In this document: positions 57,224 through 64,000 of the stretch, piece by piece | Position numbering within the stretch: the first letter of the stretch is position 1 | Layout: every line of letters begins with the position of its first letter | Source of the DNA: Bacillota bacterium | GTDB lineage: Bacteria > Bacillota > Clostridia > Lachnospirales > Lachnospiraceae | NCBI GenBank assembly: GCA_023663285.1 | Contig: JAMPHT010000002.1 | Location: 6,932 to 70,931 of the forward strand | Direction: 5' to 3' | DNA: 64,000 bases | Program-made: the position numbers and the translations under genes | Notes under the pieces: model-generated | What the model was told of the DNA's origin: nothing | The model's input: the letters and a program-made list of their open reading frames with translations, nothing else | The model's database searches: none

Positions 57224-58387
57224 TTACAGCTTCTGAATATAGAACTGGTCCTGCAGCAGCAGCCAATTTGCCCTAAACCACTGCATGATCTGCCAGTAGC
57301 CGCAGCCCCTGAGGCCATATTCCCGAATCAGATCAAACTTTGCCAGCAGACTCCTCACATCCTCAAACCAGACCTCATGCTCTGTCCCGTTATCCGAATA
57401 ATTAAAATAAGGGCTTTCAGCCACATCGTCAAAGCGGATCTCAGCACCGTTTGCCACCGCAATACGCACCGCCTGAATATTGTTGATGGTGACAGCCTCC
57501 GTGGTCCCCCGCACATAGGGCAGGGGCCAGTCATATCCGTAATTGGGTATCCCTAAGTCGATTTTTTCCGCCGGGATCTGAGTCAGGGCATACTCCACCA
57601 CCCTGCGCACCTGATTTATGGGGGCCACCGCCATAGGCGGCCCATAGGTATACCCCCACTCATAGGTCATCAGCAGCACATGGTCCGCCGCCTCCCCAAT
57701 GGCCCGATAATCCTTCCCTTCATACAACAAGCCTCGCTGTTCCGTAGAGGTTTTCGGCGCCAGCGCCACAGATGTGCGATACCCGTTTTCCCGCATGGTC
57801 TCCGCCACTTCCCGGACAAAGTCCGTAAAGGCGTCTCTGTCCTCCGCCAGAATATATTCAAAATCAATATCAACGCCCCTGTAGCCTTTCTCCGCTATTG
57901 TCTCCAAAAGATTTCCAATCAGGTTTGCCCTGTATTTCCCGCTGTTCACCACGGAGTGGATCAATCGGTTGTTAAAATTCCCGTCCGGCCCGAAGGGCGT
58001 CAGTGTCAAAATGGGGCGGACGCTGAACTTAAGCGCCTCCGCGATCATCCAGGAATCCTCCCCATAGGCAGGCGGCAGCATCTCCCCCTCTGCCGTAAAA
58101 CCATAAGAAAAAACAGGCAGCTCCGACAGAAAGGGAAGGGTCTGCTCCAGCACCCAGGGGCTGATAAAGGGATAGGCATAGCCGCTGACAGAAATGGAGC
58201 GGTCAGCATTCCGCCGGGCATCTTGCGAGACATCTTGTCTTTCCCCGGCGACAAAAAGAGCCTGCCCCACGGCAAGCTCATAAGGATAAATCAATTGATT
58301 GTCATAAATCAGCTGCTCCACCTCTGCTCCCAGCTTCAGCGCAATGCTGTCTATCGTGTCGCCGGACTTCACTACATAGATTTCCAT
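57224..58387 (-). CDS. LysM + GH18 spore cortex hydrolase (YaaH/SleL-like)
   Basis: YVVKSGDT LysM; GVDIDFE; MTYEWG; LGIPNYGYDW. Confidence 0.92.
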   Translation of the reverse strand: MEIYVVKSGDTIDSIALKLGAEVEQLIYDNQLIYPYELAVGQALFVAGERQDVSQDARRNADRSISVSGYAYPFISPWVLEQTLPFLSELPVFSYGFTAEGEMLPPAYGEDSWMIAEALKFSVRPILTLTPFGPDGNFNNRLIHSVVNSGKYRANLIGNLLETIAEKGYRGVDIDFEYILAEDRDAFTDFVREVAETMRENGYRTSVALAPKTSTEQRGLLYEGKDYRAIGEAADHVLLMTYEWGYTYGPPMAVAPINQVRRVVEYALTQIPAEKIDLGIPNYGYDWPLPYVRGTTEAVTINNIQAVRIAVANGAEIRFDDVAESPYFNYSDNGTEHEVWFEDVRSLLAKFDLIREYGLRGCGYWQIMQWFRANWLLLQDQFYIQKL

Positions 58388-58521
58388 ACTGCCTCCTGCT
58401 CAATTTCATTCAGCTGAAGCCATACATTTGCCGCCTTCCCGAATATGTATCCGGCAATTGTTTTCAGCTGCATTTCCCTCTCCGCACTATCATACGCATG
58501 CGGCAGCAAAAGTGTTCCGGC

Positions 58522-59160
58522 TCAACCTACCCCTGTCCTCTTACACACGTCCTGCAGGCAGCATCTGTCGCAATAGGGATTTGTCCTTGCGGTGCAGACC
58601 GCCCTGCCGTGATCCACCAGCCGATGACAGAAATCGTTTCCCTCCTTGGGCGGGATGATTTTCCAAAGCTCCTTCTCCACCTTTGCCGGTTCCTTGATAC
58701 CGTCCACCAACCCCATCCGGTTTACCAGGCGGATGCAATGGGTATCCGTGACAATAGCCGGCTTTCCAAACACATCTCCCATGATCAGGTTAGCGCTTTT
58801 CCGCCCTACACCTGGCAGCTTCAGCAGCTCCTCAAAATCCTCCGGCACTCTTCCGTCATATTTGTCCCGCAGTACCTTCATACAGGCGCTGATGTCTCTT
58901 GCCTTGCTGTTGCCCAGACCGCAGGGGTGAACGATCTTCTCGATCTCCTCCACCGGCGCTTCCGCCAGGGCATTCACGTCAGGAAACTTCTCATACAGCT
59001 TCTCCACCACCACATTCACTCTGGCATCCGTACACTGGGCAGCCAGCCGGACGCTGACCAACAGCTTCCACGCCTGATCGTAGTCCAGCGTACAGGCTGC
59101 CTGCGGGTACTCCTTCTTCAGTCTCTCTATGATTTCCAATGCCCTCTGTTTCTTCGTCAT
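58522..59160 (-). CDS. nth: Endonuclease III
   Basis: AQCTDARVN, LPGVGRKSAN, DTH, C-x6-C-x2-C-x5-C. Confidence 0.96.
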   Translation of the reverse strand: MTKKQRALEIIERLKKEYPQAACTLDYDQAWKLLVSVRLAAQCTDARVNVVVEKLYEKFPDVNALAEAPVEEIEKIVHPCGLGNSKARDISACMKVLRDKYDGRVPEDFEELLKLPGVGRKSANLIMGDVFGKPAIVTDTHCIRLVNRMGLVDGIKEPAKVEKELWKIIPPKEGNDFCHRLVDHGRAVCTARTNPYCDRCCLQDVCKRTGVG

Positions 59161-59216
59161 AAGTATCCTCCCGCCTGCATAAAGAGGGATGTTTGCACAC
59201 CTCTTTATGCATACCA

Positions 59217-59255
59217 GTCAACAACCCCGCTGCAAGCAACGGGGCATCAAGCTTG
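59217..59255. mobile_element. Possible isolated IS200/IS605-type end hairpin
   Basis: GTCAACAACCCCG-CTGCAAGCAA-CGGGG..GCTTG resembles the GTCAAC-NACCCC-hairpin-GGGG-CTTG ends; no transposase nearby. Confidence 0.35.
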
Positions 59256-59314
59256 CCGTCATGCCGCCTCCAGCGGCACAAACAGTAAATGATCCACCGT
59301 TTTGGGTCTGCATT

Positions 59315-60457
59315 TTACAGCTTTTCCAGCAGTAATACCACATCCTCTTCCTGCAGCAGCGTAGACCCCTTGGGACAGATGTTTTCTTCCCCGCGCTTCA
59401 CCATCACCACAAAGACCCTGCGGGAAATATCCAGTTCCTTTATCCTGCGGCCGATCCAGCTGTGCCCTGACTCCAGGCAGACCTCTTCGATACGGCAGGG
59501 AAACCTTGCGGTGCTTACAGTGCCAAGCAGCAGACTGTCCCCCTCTTTAAGCGTCAAACTCTCATGAGGGATATACACATCCTCTTCCCGCAGAACTACC
59601 GCCGGATAGAGCCCTTCCGGCAGCTTTAGCTCCTTCAGCGAACGGTTCACATAAGTATGCCCCTTCACAATATTCAAGGTGATGAAATCCGCGTCGTGCT
59701 GGGAATAGGCTCCCACCTTGATTTTCGTGTAATATTCCACAAATCCTGCGGAAATGATACCCGTGGGGATAGCCACCATCCCCACTCCCAGAAAGGCAAT
59801 GACAATGGCCATTATCCGGCCCCCTATGGTAACCGGATAAATATCCCCGTAACCCACTGTCAAAAGAGTGGATACAGACCACCAGATGCCGGAAAAGGCG
59901 TTGGAAAAATTCTCCGGCTGGGCCTCATGCTCCAGGCCGTACATACAGAGAGAGGAAGCCAGCATCAGCACCAGCACCAGAAAAATGGAGGACACCAACG
60001 CATTCCTCTTATCCCGCAATACCTCCGTGATCACATTAAAGGCGTCATACCGGGAATTGATCCTAAACAGATGCAGGATGCGCACCACCCGCAGCATACG
60101 GAAGGCAACCGCCCCGCTGGGAATGAAAAAGGGACAGAAATAGGGCAGGATCGTCAGCAGATCCACTATCCCGTAAAAGGATACCGCGAACTTAAAAATT
60201 GCCGCCGGGTAAGACTTTTCCGGATACAGACAGTCCGCGGTCCATATCCGCAGAATGTACTCTGCCAGAAAGATCACCATAGTGACAAGCTCCACCGCCT
60301 CTATGATCCCCGCATACTCTGCGGCCTCCGCAAAGGTCTGAAAAAAGGTGACGGAAATATTAGCCAGTATGACAATAATAATAAAAATATCAAAGCACAT
60401 ACTGGGAATATCCGTCCTGTTTCCAATCTGTATGATCTTAAATATACGCTTCTTCAT
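59315..60457 (-). CDS. 6TM potassium channel with two RCK_C (TrkA-C) domains
   Basis: S4-like FRMLRVVRILHLFR; TVGYGD filter; start ATG 60457. Confidence 0.92.
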   Translation of the reverse strand: MKKRIFKIIQIGNRTDIPSMCFDIFIIIVILANISVTFFQTFAEAAEYAGIIEAVELVTMVIFLAEYILRIWTADCLYPEKSYPAAIFKFAVSFYGIVDLLTILPYFCPFFIPSGAVAFRMLRVVRILHLFRINSRYDAFNVITEVLRDKRNALVSSIFLVLVLMLASSLCMYGLEHEAQPENFSNAFSGIWWSVSTLLTVGYGDIYPVTIGGRIMAIVIAFLGVGMVAIPTGIISAGFVEYYTKIKVGAYSQHDADFITLNIVKGHTYVNRSLKELKLPEGLYPAVVLREEDVYIPHESLTLKEGDSLLLGTVSTARFPCRIEEVCLESGHSWIGRRIKELDISRRVFVVMVKRGEENICPKGSTLLQEEDVVLLLEKL

Positions 60458-60571
60458 CGGTCCTTCGCCCGCCTGACTCTGTTCTTTGCGAACATTATAC
60501 ACAAGCTTTTTAAATATTACAATATCCAAAAACAGGTGGACTGCTTTTGGCAGCCATGGTATAATGACCCC

Positions 60572-62311
60572 ATGAAAAGCAAAGCTTCTACTTCAAAAAC
60601 AGCATACCTGTTGTTTTCCGTCATCGGCATTCTGTTCTGCTTCTGTTTTCTGACTGAGGCGGATCTGGCAGGAAACGGCAATATCATCTGGACGATCTCC
60701 TATTGCATCAAAACAGCAGCGATCAGCCTTGCAGTGGGCATACCGGGCGGTATCCTTCTCTGCCGGGTCTTACACCATTTTGTATATGCCGGATATCCCC
60801 GGTCTAAACAGCCTGCGGAGGCCGAAGCTCTCCCCTCATCCGGAACCGCTGCAAAGCCCGAAAACAGGCTGCGGCTTTTTTTTGAAAAAATGACTGCCGG
60901 GCAATTTTTTTCCGGCAGCCTGATTCTGATCCTGCTCGCCTGGCTTCCCTGCTACCTGGCCTTTTATCCCGGCATATGCGCCTATGATTCCTATATTCAG
61001 GTGGGACAGATTGAAAGCGGCAGCTATATCGACCATCATCCCATCGCCCACACCCTGCTGATAAGGGGCGCTATGAAGCTGGGGAAAATAATGACAGGGA
61101 ACGTTACCGCCGGCATTGGCCTTTATACATTTTTGCAGCTGCTGTTTCTGGGCACGGTCTTTGCCTGGGGCATTACCTTTCTGAGGAAGCATGGCTTCGG
61201 CATAGCAGGGCTTTTGCTGATGCAGGCTGTCTGTATGTTTTATCCTTTTCACTGGTATATGAGCGTCAGCGTGACGAAGGACATCATTTTTACCGGATTC
61301 TTTCTGTTACAGATACTCAGTCTGTCTGAATTGGTACTGGAGACAGAATATAAAAAGACATTCCCCATTCTCTTCTTTGTCAGCACAACAGGCATGATAG
61401 TATTTCGGAACAACGGGCAATACGCCTGTATGGTCCTGCTGGTCTTTTTAGCGCTGACGGCGCTGTTTGGCAGGGAACACAAACGTTTTGGAAAGCTGTT
61501 TCTGCTGGTCCTCTCCGGTCTTATCTCCGGTATATTGCTTTTAAATCTGCTGTTCCACATCACCGGCGCTGAACAGGGGGACCGGAGAGAACTGCTCAGT
61601 ATGCCTATCCAGCAGCTTGCCAGAGTCATGGTCTATCATGGAGGCGTCGGCGTTCTTCCCAAGGACGACAATACCCTGACAGACTCGGAAAAAGCGCTGA
61701 TCAATGATTTTATTCTGGACGAAGCTTATCGGGACTATGACCCTCATATCTCCGATCCGGTAAAACGGCATACAAACACATATGTGGCCAGGTATCGTAT
61801 GAAGGAATTCATTCACATCTACCTGGAACTGCTGATAAAATATCCCGGTGATTTTCTGAATGCAGCCCTGGAGACAAATGCAGGCTATCTTTACCCCGGC
61901 GATACCAGCCACGCATATATCAATGTGTCTGAGCTGAACAGCGGTCTCGGTTATGTACAGACCCGCTGGGAGGAAAGCACCTTAAACAGCGCCGGGATCT
62001 ACAAGGCTTCAAAATCAGAGGCCCTGCATACACTGTTAAAGCGCTGGGCTGACGAAAACGGTTACCTGAAAATTCCCATTTTTAAATATTTGTTCATGCC
62101 GGGAATATGGCTGTGGCTGTATCTGCTGCTCATAGGATCATTATTTGTCATCCGTCAAAGAAGGCTGTGCCTGCCCCTTGTTCTTGTGCTGGGATATTAC
62201 CTGACCCTGTTCCTGGGCCCCACAGTGCAGCTTCGCTATATCTATCCCGTAATGGCCGCATATCCCTTTATGCTGTTGTTTTGTATAAAAACCGGACTTC
62301 ACGGCAAATAG
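60572..62311 (+). CDS. Polytopic membrane protein (DUF6020-like, GT-C-type)
   Basis: Real start ATG 60572; FYPG...YDS..Q, DHHPIAHT, TKD, FRNNG, LSMPIQQLAR, RYIYP. Confidence 0.75.
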   Translation: MKSKASTSKTAYLLFSVIGILFCFCFLTEADLAGNGNIIWTISYCIKTAAISLAVGIPGGILLCRVLHHFVYAGYPRSKQPAEAEALPSSGTAAKPENRLRLFFEKMTAGQFFSGSLILILLAWLPCYLAFYPGICAYDSYIQVGQIESGSYIDHHPIAHTLLIRGAMKLGKIMTGNVTAGIGLYTFLQLLFLGTVFAWGITFLRKHGFGIAGLLLMQAVCMFYPFHWYMSVSVTKDIIFTGFFLLQILSLSELVLETEYKKTFPILFFVSTTGMIVFRNNGQYACMVLLVFLALTALFGREHKRFGKLFLLVLSGLISGILLLNLLFHITGAEQGDRRELLSMPIQQLARVMVYHGGVGVLPKDDNTLTDSEKALINDFILDEAYRDYDPHISDPVKRHTNTYVARYRMKEFIHIYLELLIKYPGDFLNAALETNAGYLYPGDTSHAYINVSELNSGLGYVQTRWEESTLNSAGIYKASKSEALHTLLKRWADENGYLKIPIFKYLFMPGIWLWLYLLLIGSLFVIRQRRLCLPLVLVLGYYLTLFLGPTVQLRYIYPVMAAYPFMLLFCIKTGLHGK

Positions 62312-62352
62312 TACAGTGCCTACGCAAGAGAACTTCGTCATGGAGAATCAAA

Positions 62353-64000
62353 ATGACCCTGAAAAACAAAATCACAAAACTAAATAACCTCTGTCCCGCA
62401 TTGGGTATCCTGGCAGTTCTGCTGACAGTGCTGCCCTATTTTCTGCTGGGGAAAGACGCTATCTATACTTATCTGGACCAGCTGGACGGAGAAATGATTG
62501 CCTACATCCTGCAGGCAAAGCACTTATTCCACGGAAACGTACTCCCCGAATTTATGAACGGTGCTTCCAAGACCGCATTGATCCCGCCTGCGCCGCTTGC
62601 CGTGCTTCTTTTTTTGCCGGGAAATTACAATGTCGCCCTTGTGCTTATGACCCTGCTGGGAAAGCTATGGGGCTATGTGGGGATGTACCTTCTCGTCAGG
62701 GAAGTGACCGATGAAAAATGGATCGCCGCGCTGTCAGCCTTCCTTTACAGCTGTATTCCCTTCCTGGCCGTATATGGTCTTGGGGAATTCGGTATTCCCA
62801 TGCTGTTCTGGTGTGCCCTCCAGGTCAAAAAGGGAAAACACCTGACCGCCGCCTATCTCTACACAGCCCTCTACGCTTTATCCTCCTCCCTGGTGCTGGT
62901 AGGCTTCGGCGTTCTGGGCTTTGGGCTGGTGTGGATCCTCTATACAATGGTTTCCGATCGTCAAAAAAGAAAAGCAAACAAAAAAGTGCCGCCAGATGCG
63001 CCTGCAAAATTTGCTTTGCAAACCCGCCTGACGCTTTTCTGGCTTCTGCTCCTGGCCGTATATTTTGCGGAAAATATCAGTCTTTTCAGCCAGCTGCTTG
63101 GAACAGAAAAAGACTTCGTGACCCATAAATCAGAATATATACTTTCAGCTCAGCCTTTTCTTGAAGTATTTTTAAACGGCCTCCTGTCCGGCACCCAGCA
63201 CGGAAACGGCTATCACGCGCTGCTTCTGGTATGTATCCTTGTGGCAGTCATTGCAGGCTGTATCCGGATGCTTTCTTCCAAAAAGGATATGTCCGTAAAG
63301 CCCCTGCTTACCGTGATGTTTTTTTGTCTGGGATGGAATGTATGCTTTGCGCTTCTGTCTGCCCTCTGGGATTCCGCTCCGGGTATCGCTCTGCGCTCCC
63401 GCCTTTCCTTCCTCGGAACCTTCCATCTGGACAGGCTGCTGTGGATGGCCCCCTGTCTGTGGTATCTTGCGGCAGCCTGCGGACTGACCCTCATCTACAG
63501 GCTTTATCGAAACAGCTTCCGCTATCTGTTCTGTCTGCTCCCCATGACAGTTCTCTTCGGGGCGACGGCGCTCTGGTCCCTGTATTCCGGCGAATTTAAA
63601 ATGAATGTGCAGAAGCTTAAAGACCCCGACTATGGAATACTCAGCTACCGGGATTATTACGCCATCGGAGTCATGGAGCAGGTACGGGCGTTTCTGGATA
63701 CTTATACGGGAAAAAGTGTAGAGGAATACCGGGTGGTAAGCTTAGGGATAGACCCGGCTGTCGCCTTGTACCATGGCTTCTACTGCCTGGACGGATATTC
63801 CAACAATTACTCTCTGGAATATAAAAAAAGATTTCGTGAGATAATTGCCCCTGAACTGGAAAAAAGCGCCTACCTGACACAGTATTATGATGGTTGGGGA
63901 AACCGCTGCTACCTCTTCAGCGCAGAGTGCCCCGGATATTATACCATTGAAAAGCACGGCTTTTATTTTCAGAATTATCAGATCGATACTGACGCTTTAT
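62353..64000 (+). CDS. Polytopic membrane protein (DUF6044-like), runs off window
   Basis: Absent from the ORF track; GGAG RBS, ATG 62353: MTLKNK..PYFLLG..YLDQLDGE..; later YRVVSLGIDPAVALYHGFYCLDGYSNNY; apparently open to the window end. Confidence 0.75.
   Translation, partial: MTLKNKITKLNNLCPALGILAVLLTVLPYFLLGKDAIYTYLDQLDGEMIAYILQAKHLFHGNVLPEFMNGASKTALIPPAPLAVLLFLPGNYNVALVLMTLLGKLWGYVGMYLLVREVTDEKWIAALSAFLYSCIPFLAVYGLGEFGIPMLFWCALQVKKGKHLTAAYLYTALYALSSSLVLVGFGVLGFGLVWILYTMVSDRQKRKANKKVPPDAPAKFALQTRLTLFWLLLLAVYFAENISLFSQLLGTEKDFVTHKSEYILSAQPFLEVFLNGLLSGTQHGNGYHALLLVCILVAVIAGCIRMLSSKKDMSVKPLLTVMFFCLGWNVCFALLSALWDSAPGIALRSRLSFLGTFHLDRLLWMAPCLWYLAAACGLTLIYRLYRNSFRYLFCLLPMTVLFGATALWSLYSGEFKMNVQKLKDPDYGILSYRDYYAIGVMEQVRAFLDTYTGKSVEEYRVVSLGIDPAVALYHGFYCLDGYSNNYSLEYKKRFREIIAPELEKSAYLTQYYDGWGNRCYLFSAECPGYYTIEKHGFYFQNYQIDTDAL

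Noticed and set aside
59657-60571. 884-aa ORF starting at 59657
   Set aside because: The first ~305 codons are mostly the antisense shadow of the K+ channel gene; the promoter position and hydrophobic pattern support a start at 60572.
1-64000. tRNA, rRNA, integrase, transposase or prophage genes
   Set aside because: No cloverleaf, rRNA-like tract or recombinase motif was recognised; nearly all the space is explained by CDSs.

Overview
A ~64 kb chromosomal segment of a spore-forming Clostridia bacterium, most like Lachnospiraceae. Almost all genes are on the minus strand. Left end (1-10.9 kb, accessory): the 5' part of a type VII secretion ATPase gene essC, preceded in one apparent operon by two membrane Ser/Thr kinases (one with 4 PASTA domains plus Trp/Arg-rich repeats, one with a solute-binding-protein-like ectodomain), two PP2C phosphatases, a Zn-ribbon/FHA protein and a LytTR regulator with a degenerate receiver domain. 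An AT-rich XRE gene and a Phd-RelE/ParE toxin-antitoxin pair follow. Core genes come next: trmD (fused to a GNAT), rimM, khpA, rpsP, ffh, ylxM, yitT-like, ilvA, ftsY, smc, rnc, acpP, plsX, rpmF, yceD. The middle holds a LytTR regulatory system with an ABC exporter, a probable bile-acid 12alpha-HSDH, a lactonase, a Cys-rich protein behind a sigmaK-type promoter, a catalytically degenerate GlgX-like protein, CapA, NlpC/P60, a UvrD-type helicase, gltX, ppa, proA/proB and two flavoproteins. The right part has an unannotated type I toxin-antitoxin-like locus, the sporulation/phoH region (BofC-like, SpoVB-like, ybeY, degenerate 7TM-HD, phoH, yqfD, yqfC), pdp, LysM-GH18, nth, a K+ channel and two polytopic membrane proteins. 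Several intergenic regions carry related multi-hairpin elements. I saw no rRNA, tRNA, CRISPR array or transposase gene. All family assignments come from motif recognition, not database searches.
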